In this document: positions 1 to 10,970 of the stretch, in pieces
Position numbering within the stretch: position 1 is the stretch's first letter
Layout of the letters: the number at the start of each line of letters is the position of its first letter
Assembly (NCBI RefSeq): GCF_001194135.2
Contig: NC_068997.1
Location: 16,885,672 to 16,923,972, forward strand
Direction: 5' to 3'
DNA length: 38,301 nt
Source: Octopus bimaculoides
Lineage: Eukaryota
Translations under genes and position numbers: made by a program
Notes under the pieces: model-generated
Told to the model about the DNA's origin: nothing
The model's input: the letters and a program-made list of their open reading frames with translations, nothing else
Database searches by the model: none

Positions 1-286
1 TATATCTATATATATATGTATAATATATATATATATTTATATATATATATATATATATAAATATATATAAATATACACACACACGCACATATTTTATAAT
101 AAGAAATGCATTATAAGACGAATCAAAATCGAAGAAGAATTAGTTAGAATTCTGCATTAAGTATAAACCATGAAAAATAGATTATAGAGCACATGAGGAA
201 GTATTTAAAAGATATATATGTATATATATAGAGGCTTACACACCATCATGCACACATATACAAACAAGCACGATTGTATGAATGTA

Positions 287-356
<70 letters not shown>
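287..356. repeat. (TATC)n microsatellite
   Basis: Direct: near-perfect TATC array ending at the SINE 5' end. Confidence 0.97.
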
Positions 357-515
357 CCGGAGTGGCTGTGTGATAAGTAGCTTGCTGACCCAACACATGG
401 TTCCGGGTTTAGTCCCACGGCGGGTCACCTTGGGCATGTGTCTTCTACTATAGCCTCGGGCCGACCGAAGTCTTGTGAGTGGATTTGGCTGACGGAAACT
501 GAAAGAAGACCGTCG
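357..515 (+). mobile_element. SINE family A, 5' half (tRNA-derived head plus CORE-like block)
   Basis: A-box-like TGGCTGTGTG and B-box-like GGTTTAGTCCC, then accttgggcatgtgtcttctactatagcctcggg...gacggaaactgaaagaag. The same block recurs at 17011, 21066, 32604, 34025 and 37121. Confidence 0.9.
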
Positions 516-1762
516 TATATATATATATATATACGACGGTCTTCTATATATATATANNNNNNNNNNNNNNNNNNNNNNNNNNNNNNNNNNNNNNNNNNNN
601 NNNNNNNNNNNNNNNNNNNNNNNNNNNNNNNNNNNNNNNNNNNNNNNNNNNNNNNNNNNNNNNNNNNNNNNNNNNNNNNNNNNNNNNNNNNNNNNNNNNN
701 NNNNNNNNNNNNNNNNNNNNNNNNNNNNNNNNNNNNNNNNNNNNNNNNNNNNNNNNNNNNNNNNNNNNNNNNNNNNNNNNNNNNNNNNNNNNNNNNNNNN
801 NNNNNNNNNNNNNNNNNNNNNNNNNNNNNNNNNNNNNNNNNNNNNNNNNNNNNNNNNNNNNNNNNNNNNNNNNNNNNNNNNNNNNNNNNNNNNNNNNNNN
901 NNNNNNNNNNNNNNNNNNNNNNNNNNNNNNNNNNNNNNNNNNNNNNNNNNNNNNNNNNNNNNNNNNNNNNNNNNNNNNNNNNNNNNNNNNNNNNNNNNNN
1001 NNNNNNNNNNNNNNNNNNNNNNNNNNNNNNNNNNNNNNNNNNNNNNNNNNNNNNNNNNNNNNNNNNNNNNNNNNNNNNNNNNNNNNNNNNNNNNNNNNNN
1101 NNNNNNNNNNNNNNNNNNNNNNNNNNNNNNNNNNNNNNNNNNNNNNNNNNNNNNNNNNNNNNNNNNNNNNNNNNNNNNNNNNNNNNNNNNNNNNNNNNNN
1201 NNNNNNNNNNNNNNNNNNNNNNNNNNNNNNNNNNNNNNNNNNNNNNNNNNNNNNNNNNNNNNNNNNNNNNNNNNNNNNNNNNNNNNNNNNNNNNNNNNNN
1301 NNNNNNNNNNNNNNNNNNNNNNNNNNNNNNNNNNNNNNNNNNNNNNNNNNNNNNNNNNNNNNNNNNNNNNNNNNNNNNNNNNNNNNNNNNNNNNNNNNNN
1401 NTATATATATACACACGTCTATATATGAATATGTTTGTGTGTGTACGTGCGTTTGTATGACTGTACACTAGTTGTTCATTCAACAATTTGTAATAAATTT
1501 TAAAACTATATATGCAAAACTACATGCAAAAAATACAAACATTAACAAAGAAAATTCTAAATATCCTTCTTAAATGTTACTTAATAAAGTCTGTTTATTT
1601 TTCTAATACATTCACAAAAACGCCCGTCGTACGAGCATACGTAGTGAATCAGAATGTAAGACGTACACAAATACTCAGTATTCCTATACATGAAGTCATA
1701 TCCATGTATTTTTCTCAATAATAAAATCGCAAATATTCAATCACATACACTTACGCCATTAA

Positions 1763-1824
<62 letters not shown>

Positions 1825-1839
1825 ATCTACGGGCGTGTG

Positions 1840-1888
<49 letters not shown>

Positions 1889-1984
1889 ACATATACACGC
1901 TCGCATATGCACTGTTTGTGGGGCGTATAATCAGTTCAGTCATATATCTTAAATTTTCTGCCATTTCTACCACCACCAGTGCAA

Positions 1985-2100
1985 TAAGAATAACAATAAT
2001 AACAATAATAATAGTAATAACAATGATGGTGATGATGATGATGATGATGATGGTAATAACAATAATGATAATAATAATAATAATAATATTAACAATAACT
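1985..2100. repeat. Compound (AAT)n/(GAT)n microsatellite
   Basis: Direct: source of the poly-I/poly-M pseudo-ORFs. Confidence 0.95.
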
Positions 2101-2430
2101 AAAGCAACCACCATAATAAGAGGAAAATGTAAAAATTTTCCATAAGCATCTGTCAGAAAAACACAACCAGAGTGTGTATGCCTGTATGTATATTTTTTAT
2201 TGCATCACATTCTCGCGTTTTTCTATTATTAATTGAGTTTTAAGGAAAGAATACATACCTATGTGTGTACACATAGGTATAGGCAGAACACAATCGTACA
2301 TATCTATGCATGCGTGCAGGAGCGTATGTACCATTTTATATGAGTGTGTAAATTTGTACTCATATATGTGCATCCATACAACATCACACATGTTTGCGAA
2401 TATCTATGTATGCGCGCGTGTGTGTATGCA

Positions 2431-2474
<44 letters not shown>

Positions 2475-3280
2475 NNNNNNNNNNNNNNNNNNNNNNNNNN
2501 NNNNNNNNNNNNNNNNNNNNNNNNNNNNNNNNNNNNNNNNNNNNNNNNNNNNNNNNNNNNNNNNNNNNNNNNNNNNNNNNNNNNNNNNNNNNNNNNNNNN
2601 NNNNNNNNNNNNNNNNNNNNNNNNNNNNNNNNNNNNNNNNNNNNNNNNNNNNNNNNNNNNNNNNNNNNNNNNNNNNNNNNNNNNNNNNNNNNNNNNNNNN
2701 NNNNNNNNNNNNNNNNNNNNNNNNNNNNNNNNNNNNNNNNNNNNNNNNNNNNNNNNNNNNNNNNNNNNNNNNNNNNNNNNNNNNNNNNNNNNNNNNNNNN
2801 NNNNNNNNNNNNNNNNNNNNNNNNNNNNNNNNNNNNNNNNNNNNNNNNNNNNNNNNNNNNNNNNNNNNNNNNNNNNNNNNNNNNNNNNNNNNNNNNNNNN
2901 NNNNNNNNNNNNNNNNNNNNNNNNNNNNNNNNNNNNNNNNNNNNNNNNNNNNNNNNNNNNNNNNNNNNNNNNNNNNNNNNNNNNNNNNNNNNNNNNNNNN
3001 NNNNNNNNNNNNNNNNNNNNNNNNNNNNNNNNNNNNNNNNNNNNNNNNNNNNNNNNNNNNNNNNNNNNNNNNNNNNNNNNNNNNNNNNNNNNNNNNNNNN
3101 NNNNNNNNNNNNNNNNNNNNNNNNNNNNNNNNNNNNNNNNNNNNNNNNNNNTATATATATATATATATCATATATATATTGCTTGCATCTGCACGTGCAT
3201 TATGATGTATCTGACTATATCTATATTTACATACATATATCTCTATATAAATTCGCACACACATATATATCATATACGTA

Positions 3281-3480
3281 TATACATACATACATACATA
3301 CATACATACATACATAAACACACACTTATATACATACATACATACATACATACATACATACATACATACATACATAAACACACACTTATATACATACGTG
3401 CATACATACATACATACATACATACATACATACATACATACATACATACATGCATACATACATAAGCATGCATACATAAA
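3281..3480. repeat. (TACA)n array with a 60 bp higher-order duplication
   Basis: The interruption taaacacacacttatata occurs twice, exactly 60 bp apart (about 3315 and 3375). Confidence 0.9.
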
Positions 3481-3960
3481 TTTTTATACACATACTGGAA
3501 CAAATATGGATGTCTGAGAGCAAACATTTTACTGCCCGCGGCAAATTTCGAAAGCAGCATATTTACTGGTTGAAAATACATATTGATGACTGCACTAAAA
3601 TGTTACCATCATTTAAATGTCTTACAATTTAACGAAGATGGTGATTATTATGCGTTGGGTGTGAGAGGAATAATGCATGCATACGTACATGCATACATTC
3701 ACATTACACTCACACACTCACGTACATTTCCATACACATGTATTCACACACATATCTGCATGTATGCATAAATTTATACACGCGTACACACTATGATTTT
3801 TATCATATAATACGTTCAACTCTATAGTGCACAGTCTTTGATGTTTCGGCAGTTCGCTAAAAATATTCTCCTCAGTGTACCTGTCCAAATTCCATTTATA
3901 ACATTAAGTCCATATAAATCAGAAATGCGCCACGTGGTTCCCCCCCCCCTATGTTTAGCC

Positions 3961-4322
3961 ACAAGGGGCTAAACATAGGGGGGGGGGACAAACAAGGACA
4001 GACAAAAGGATTAAGTCGATTACATCGACCCCAGTGCGTAACTGGTACTTAATTTATCGACCACGAAAGGATGAAAGGTAAAGTCGACCTCAGCGGATTT
4101 TGAACTCAGAACGTAGCGACAGNNNNNNNNNNNNNNNNNNNNNNNNNNNNNNNNNNNNNNNNNNNNNNNNNNNNNNNNNNNNNNNNNNNNNNNNNNNNNN
4201 NNNNNNNNNNNNNNNNNNNNNNNNNNNNNNNNNNNNNNNNNNNNNNNNNNNNNNNNNNNNNNNNNNCGAAATACTGCTAAGCATTCCGTCCAACATGCTA
4301 ACGATTCTGTCAGCTCGTCGCC
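3961..4322 (-). mobile_element. SINE family B, full length, interrupted by an N-gap
   Basis: Reverse complement of the copy at 14546-14774: head gagctgacagaatcgttagc, B box gttcaaaatcc, tail tttgtccc...tttagccccttgt. Confidence 0.9.
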
Positions 4323-4354
4323 CCAGTAATAATAATATTAAAGATAGTAATGAG

Positions 4355-4481
4355 AATTTTGGCTCAAAGCCAGCAATTTCAGAGAAAGGGACAAAGCGAT
4401 GACATCAACCCCAGTTAAACATTGGAGTTGACGCAATCGATTTATCCCCTTACTCGAAATTGCGTGCCTTGAGCCAAAATT
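4355..4481. repeat. Imperfect palindrome made of two SINE-B tails
   Basis: aattttggctcaaagccagcaatttc pairs with gaaattgcgtgccttgagccaaaatt; the arms match the SINE-B tail type seen at 12832-12893. Confidence 0.8.
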
Positions 4482-4605
4482 ATTATTTTATTAAACTTCG
4501 AGAGGTCAATTTTATTAACCTTGAAAGGAAAAGTCAACAATGGCAGATTTTAATTCGAGCAAGAACAATACCATTCCTGAGTCAAGAAAATGATGATAAT
4601 AAACT

Positions 4606-4783
4606 AGTTTCCGACTTGGGCAGAAAACCAGCAATATCTTAGGGGTTTAGTTGAGGATATCGGCTCCACAACTTGTACTTATTTTATAGACATCGAAAGT
4701 CAAAAAGTATAAAAGTTGATCTCAGCGTAATTTGAACTCAGGACGTAAAGTCGAACGAAATGCCGCTAAGCGTATTGTCCACT
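4606..4783 (-). mobile_element. SINE family B, degenerate
   Basis: gtacttattttatagacatcgaaag...aaagttgatctcagcgtaatttgaactcaggacgtaaag...cgaaatgccgctaagc aligns to the other B copies. Confidence 0.75.
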
Positions 4784-5275
4784 GTAGGGAAATGCAACAG
4801 TATGAGAAATAAATCTTGAACGCCGAATTATAATGCAAATATGAATATTTTGCTACTTCTGACCGCGGTATACATTTTTATATGGGTGTGTGTATGTGTG
4901 ATGTGTGTAGTATGAGAAAAAGACAGAGAGAGTGGGGGGGGCGTGTTTGTGAATTTGTACGTCTGTATGTGTGTCTGTCTGTTTGTTTGTGTACGTGTGT
5001 GTTTGTGGATGCATACGCGCGTTTTTCATTTTTTCCGCACACGAAAGGGTATGGGAAAGAAATCTCGGGCTGGTATTTCAACAGGAAACATGTACACCGT
5101 GATTGTAAACTACGTGCGCTATTGTTTGCGGGCAAGTGTAGAAATAGCTGATTTATATACGCAAGGACGATAAACAAACAATGAAGAACTATATATATAT
5201 GAAAGAACCAAAAAGAAGAAAAAATACACAATAAATATTTTGTCATAAGAGCAGCCTCAAAATATGCTTATGCAT

Positions 5276-5590
5276 GTTCAGTCATTTGAATGCGGCCATG
5301 GTGGAGCACCGCCTTTAGTCGAAAAAGTCGATCTCAGGACTTTGTAAGCCTAGTACTTATTGCATCGTGTTCTTTTGCCGAATCGCTAAGGTACGGGGAC
5401 GTTAACACACCAATATCGGTTGTGAAGAGATGGTGGTGGTGGTGGGGGGGACAAGCACTGACACAAATACATACATACATTTATATATATATTTATGCGA
5501 GGGATTTTTTACAGTTTCCATCCACCAGTTTCACTCACAAGGCTTTAGTCGGCTCGAGGCTTCAGTAGAAAACACTTGCCCAAGATGCCA
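5276..5590 (-). mobile_element. SINE family A body and tail, lacking its own tRNA head
   Basis: Reverse complement of the A core, internal microsatellite and A tail (ggagcaccgcctttagtcga). Confidence 0.88.
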
Positions 5591-5687
5591 TTGTCGACCT
5601 CGGCGGAATTTGAACTCACATCGTAACGGCAGACGAAAAGCGATAAGCGTTTCGCCCGGCGTGCTAACGTTTCTGCCAGCTCGCCTT
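5591..5687 (-). mobile_element. SINE family B head fused to the A body
   Basis: Reverse complement reads ggcgagctggcagaaacgttagcacgccgggcgaaac...gagttcaaattccgccgaggtcgac. Confidence 0.88.
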
Positions 5688-5732
5688 ATATTTATTTATT
5701 TATTTATTTATTTATATATATATATATATATA

Positions 5733-5890
5733 CGTGTGTTTTTGTGTCTGTGTTTGTCCCCCCACCATTCTTGACAACCGACATAGATGTATTTACGTCC
5801 CTGTAACATAGCAGTTTGGCAAAATAAACCGATAAAATATGTATTAGGCTTTCAAAGAATAAGTCATGCGGTCGATTTCTCCAACTAAAA
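5733..5890 (+). mobile_element. SINE family A 3' part, degenerate
   Basis: gtgtttgtcccccaccattcttgacaaccga...ggtcgatttctccaactaaa. Confidence 0.8.
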
Positions 5891-6119
5891 CATATATATA
5901 TAAGTATCCGTGCAAATATATTTTTGAAGATACATACTAATAGAGTGGACTAGAATTTGATAAAGTCACACCTACGAAATTATCGACAAATCTAGCGGTC
6001 GATTTTGATAGTTCATTGTTATAAAATGCAACCCATTACATCTATTTTTTTCTAGGAAGTATAATTGTACAGCTAAGAAGGTACTTTGCAACATATGTTA
6101 TACTCATATTGATATAAAT

Positions 6120-6690
6120 AACGTATGTTAGGAGGTCATTAACATTTTAATACTGAAATCTTCTGGGCTAAGAAACATGGAAATGAACTTACATATGTAA
6201 TCATGAGTAGCTACATGGATGATGAAATAACGAATTAGTTGTAGTGATCAGGATAGACACTCACGCTCAAAAAAGAAAGGCATACAATCCACTAGCAGAG
6301 GACTGTATAGAGATGATAGGTTGGCTATGTATACCAATAACAAATGATATGAGTTGGAAAAGTTTGGAAAATACTAAGAGTTCAATAAAAAATTACAATC
6401 ACACACTTATAAATAGTAAATGTAGATATTACCTTATAACAGACCCTGCCAAAATATCAAAACGAAGAAACAGCATAACCTGGGATACCCAATAGATTTT
6501 TCTAGCAGTATCTTGAACATTTTCAATTTAACCAATACGTTATGTGAAGGACGTATAACTCCTACAAACAAAACAGGATTCGATAAGTATTAATGACCTG
6601 CAGGGACACCGTATTTCGTTATGCAACTATAATATACTACGAAGTATATTGAACACCTTCCATAAAAAATCTGTAGAGATAATCTTAACA
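6120..6690 (+). mobile_element. Possible degenerate Penelope-like retroelement fragment (RT C-terminus and linker)
   Basis: Manual translation across stops and a frameshift gives FNTEIFWAKKHGNELTYVIMSS ... KRRNSITW ... RISLCNYNILRSILNTFHKK. The order resembles recalled Penelope motifs (YRKPNxxxxYIxxxSNHP; KRxIIWFNPP; KISYSCxxNxKSIIxxHNKK). Similarity is weak. Confidence 0.4.
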
Positions 6691-7844
6691 AACGATAAGT
6701 ATATATGTACTATACATGTTTGTGTGTATATTGTTGCTTGTCACCTGTACATCTCACGGCGTATATAGTGCATCATCAATATTTAATTCTAATATATGTA
6801 TGTGTGAGTGTTTGTGATGAATATAAGTATAGGACTATCTATGTGTGAAATGTATATATGCGTGAACTCGCAATAAAATTTTGCACTACCATAAATAATA
6901 TTTACGGACCTACGAAAAATGTATACCATTTGAATGCAACAACTACAAGGCTAGAAATTATTTCTAGCAACTGTGGAAATAGAGACAATGGAAATGTTAA
7001 AGCATAGCTTTTGTTGCTTGCTCTTTGTTCACTGCAGAAAAATTAAATATGTTGCCATTTTGAACGCAATGCCCCACTTACGCTCACACTTACACACAAA
7101 CACGTGCATAAACATAGACACAAAATCATATCCTGCAATTAGAAATGGGTTTTAAAAAATGAAACGATAATAGAAAAATAAATGTATTTAGGAAAAGTAT
7201 TGACCGGGGCTACATTAACAAAAAAAGAAATGAATAGAAAATAAAGTAAAGAGAAATACAAAAAGGGCAGATTAGATAGTTTAGTCTAAGGCTTACCATT
7301 CCCCTAACTCATATGAGATATTCAATGCCTTGAAAACTTAGAGTCAAATCACTGGTTGATCAAAGATCAAAGCCGACCATAGTAATAATAATGAAAGAAA
7401 AAAAACCAATGCTTTTGGACTTTATGAACTTAAGATTCCTGTAACAGCTGAACCTTCCGGATATTCTGTCTCGAATGTAACATCGGTTGCTTCACGTAAC
7501 CACTCTCTGCACAATAACAGCAATTTTAGAGCTGCATATTTTCTTTGTAGCTAGATAATGCTAATTATTTCCAACCCAAATGCTGCTAACGTATTGCTAT
7601 AAGCTGACATATTTTACGTCTTAAAATTCACAATTTCTTCAGTTATCTTATCAGTTAGAGCAAAATTTGGTTTCATATAAACATTCATTTATGTTCTTTT
7701 GGTTTCTAAATTCAATTTTTTTCTTATATATTCCAATTTTCAGTTTTTATGTTCAGCTATGCAACGTAACCGAGCTACTAGTTTATTGTTTCTACACTCT
7801 CTTTAAGTTCAGCTTCTAATTTTCTTCTGTTTCTCTCTGTTTAC

Positions 7845-7849
7845 ATACA

Positions 7850-7898
<49 letters not shown>
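7845..7898. repeat. (CA)n microsatellite
   Basis: Direct. Confidence 0.97.
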
Positions 7899-7900
<2 letters not shown>

Positions 7901-8514
7901 ATGTATTTGCACCATATCGGAATAATTTAAGCGAGGCCATACACAGCACCTAACTTTGTATTTGTAAGCTGAAACACATAAGGATATGGATACATACATA
8001 TATACATACATACATGTATATATATACATACATACATGTATATATATACATATACATACATATATATTTACATATATATATTATGTGTATATGTATGTAT
8101 ATAAACAGCTGGGTGTGTCGACATTTCTCACAAGACCCATTACTGTTTATCGATCTTAAGACGAAGTATTCAATATATTTTCCATGTTAGCTTTCAATTA
8201 ACAATTAATTTTCTCTCTATCTTCGTCTCTACTCTCTCTCTCTCTCTCTCTCTCACATACACACACAAACAAACACACACTCACACACACACACAAACAT
8301 ACACACACACACACACACACGCACACACACAAACACACACAATTCTCTTATGTATTTCTATTTATCTATTTTTATGTGTGTTTATCTGTGAAAGTCTTAT
8401 ATTGTTTAGCTCAATGAGCAAAGACGTAAAGTGGCTGAACATAATAAGCAACAGCTGTTTGATTGAATCACTAAAATCAAAGGAAATTTCTGTGACAAGC
8501 AGAAAAATAGTCAT

Positions 8515-8517
<3 letters not shown>

Positions 8518-8582
<65 letters not shown>
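8518..8582. repeat. (AAT)n microsatellite
   Basis: Direct: about 21 units. Confidence 0.97.
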
Positions 8583-8583
<1 letters not shown>

Positions 8584-9116
8584 GCCCTAATGCAGTATCA
8601 GGCAGTGGCTCTAATATCTTCTGATCTTAACTGATTGGAAGTGTTATCTTGTACATTGTTTTGTCTTGGTATGAAAGATGGGCTACAGCAAATATTCTGC
8701 TTAATACCACAGATTTGCTTATCAGCTGTTTGACCTTAACCAATTGAGCATGTCCCTTGGTGGCTGACGATGTGTGCATATCTGATTAAGAGCAGAAGTA
8801 GTGGGAGAGCATCTGAGTCATGTGTTGAGAGGAATTCTTTGGAGTTTGGATAATTCACCTTTGGAAACATGGGTGTTTCATTCAACATCCTTATACAACC
8901 CTTACTCAGAGACCTCTTGAGCGGGATGGGCTACTCGACCTGAAGAAAATTCTAACTGGGCCCCTACCTCCAAGGTGATGCGTTGTTAATCTTGATATGA
9001 GATCACCATGTCACGCACATATGGTTGGGATGCCATGGGTAGTCATGATGGGTATACTGGGCTTCGTATATTTTACCCCAGAGTCACCTTGGTTGCATGC
9101 ACTGTTCTCTCACTCA
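8583..9116. mobile_element. Non-coding interspersed element embedded in an (AAT)n tract
   Basis: GC-richer complex sequence with (AAT)n abutting both ends (8518-8582 and 9117-9128) and no credible ORF. Recalled as a dispersed octopus repeat (unverified). Confidence 0.6.
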
Positions 9117-9132
9117 ATAATAATAATAGCAA

Positions 9133-9349
9133 TTATCCTTCCTACTGGAGGCACAGGGTCTCACATTTGGTGGGAGGGAACTAGTCGATTACATCAATCT
9201 CAGTGTGTAACTGGTACTTAATTTATCAACCCCGAAAGGATGAAAGGCAAAGTCGACCACGGCGGAATTTGAGCTCAGAACGTAGCGACGGGCGAAATAC
9301 CGCTAAGCATTTCCTCCAATGTGCTAATGATTCTGCCAGCTCGCCGCCT
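9133..9349 (-). mobile_element. SINE family B with a third tail variant
   Basis: Head and Pol III boxes match the other B copies; the tail reads ttccctcccaccaaatgtgagaccctgtgcctccagtaggaagg on the minus strand. Confidence 0.9.
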
Positions 9350-9510
9350 GTAAAGTTAGTAGCAATTCCAATAATTGTCACAGCCTTAGGAACAGTAAAT
9401 AAATGTCTTATGAAATATATTGAACAACTAGATTTTTGCAATCCGGAGGAGACGTTGCAGAAACGACGCTGCTCGAAAAAGCTCGAATACACCAGAGTGT
9501 ATTCTAAAAC
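9350..9510 (+). mobile_element. R4/Dong-like (RLE-clade) non-LTR retrotransposon C-terminal fragment
   Basis: Translation KLVAIPIIVTALGTVNKCLMKYIEQLDFCNPEETLQK matches the recalled RLE terminal motif VIPIVIGALGTV...YLEQL...ETLQK. Confidence 0.72.
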
Positions 9511-10542
9511 TTATACATCACTTAGCATCTCATTTTCCTTTGAAACTACCGGGAATACATATCTGCACAAATTTGAGATGTGGGCTGAGGATTATTATTT
9601 TGAATGTATCAAATACAAACACTCCCTCAAAGTCACTCATTTTAGTTTCATCATAACTGTCGATAAAGATATGGAAGACGGGACATTCTCATTTTTGGCT
9701 CTCTAGAAATGTTCTTGACATAATGATGAGTTCCAAGTTTTCCTTACTTTTCTAATATCGCGGTTAATATTTTGTGAGACTCCCAGTATGAGCTGATGAA
9801 TACCAGTTACCAATAAAGAACCGCATTTATAGCAGAAAAGCAAATGATTCATTCATCACGGACAGCCGGTCGATTAGCGATATTCTTTGATGCCTATAAA
9901 AGTCAGTGCATCAAATGTCTGCAACTAGATACTCTATGTCATGTGATGCTTTGTTATATAGTTGTTGTCAGATCGCTTGTGAAGTTTCATATGAGTGCAA
10001 CTGGCAACAGAGAATTCAGTACAACCTGCTGAATGGTCGGGTCGTCGGCGATAAAACCAGCACTGGGCTTGCCTGCTGAAAAATGTTGCCAGAACACCAG
10101 CAGGTCTAAAAAACAAGACCTGTCAAATGAATGAGTGAACCTAGTGTAAGTGCAGTGACTATATAAAAGTAGCAAGGAAACTCAAAAACTCCGGGTTGGT
10201 GCCCTGCCACTAGGAGTGATGCACCCTTCAGTTTTTGTTAGGCATGGCTTAAGAGAAGCTAACTCTAATATAAGACCAAATATGCTGGGAATGACATTGA
10301 ACATTTCAGGGGTCTTTTAATTGCACTTGAGGTCAGGGGTTCCCCACATTCATGTGACTGCCAGCCATACTGGTACTTGTTGTCTTGTTCTGTTGTTCTG
10401 GCTCATCTCTGGATCATATGAATAGGATGGAGAGGGTGTGCGTGGTGGTGGGAAAGCCTTATTGGACCTAAAATTTTAGATTTGCTAGCATTTTGCGTGG
10501 GAAATGGTCGGTGTGATGGTCTTCGTCGGTCAGGAGCGGACA

Positions 10543-10545
<3 letters not shown>

Positions 10546-10580
<35 letters not shown>
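10546..10580. repeat. (CAT)n microsatellite
   Basis: Direct: source of the poly-H/poly-D pseudo-ORFs. Confidence 0.95.
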
Positions 10581-10604
10581 GTATGTATGTATGTATATAT
10601 ATAT

Positions 10605-10657
<53 letters not shown>

Positions 10658-10925
10658 TATATATANNNNNNNNNNNNNNNNNNNNNNNNNNNNNNNNNNN
10701 NNNNNNNNNNNNNNNNNNNNNNNNNNNNNNNNNNNNNNNNNNNNNNNNNNNNNNNNNNNNNNNNNNNNNNNNNNNNNNNNNNNNNNNNNNNNNNNNNNNN
10801 NNNNNNNNNNNNNNNNNNNNNNNNNNNNNNNNNNNNNNNNNNNNNNNNNNNNNNNNNNNNNNNNNNNNNNNNNNNNNNNNNNNNNNNNNNNNNNNNNNNN
10901 NNNNNNNNNNNNNNNNNNNNNNNNN

Positions 10926-10970
<45 letters not shown>

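Noticed and set aside
7290-7835. Minus-strand coiled-coil-looking reading ending at TG|GTAAGC
   Set aside because: It needs a frameshift and has about nine stops in ~180 codons, near random for this AT content. There is no good acceptor and no recognisable family.
9793-9799. CTGATGA hammerhead-like core (also CTGACGA at 13431 and 25134)
   Set aside because: No stem II followed by GAAA at a suitable distance.
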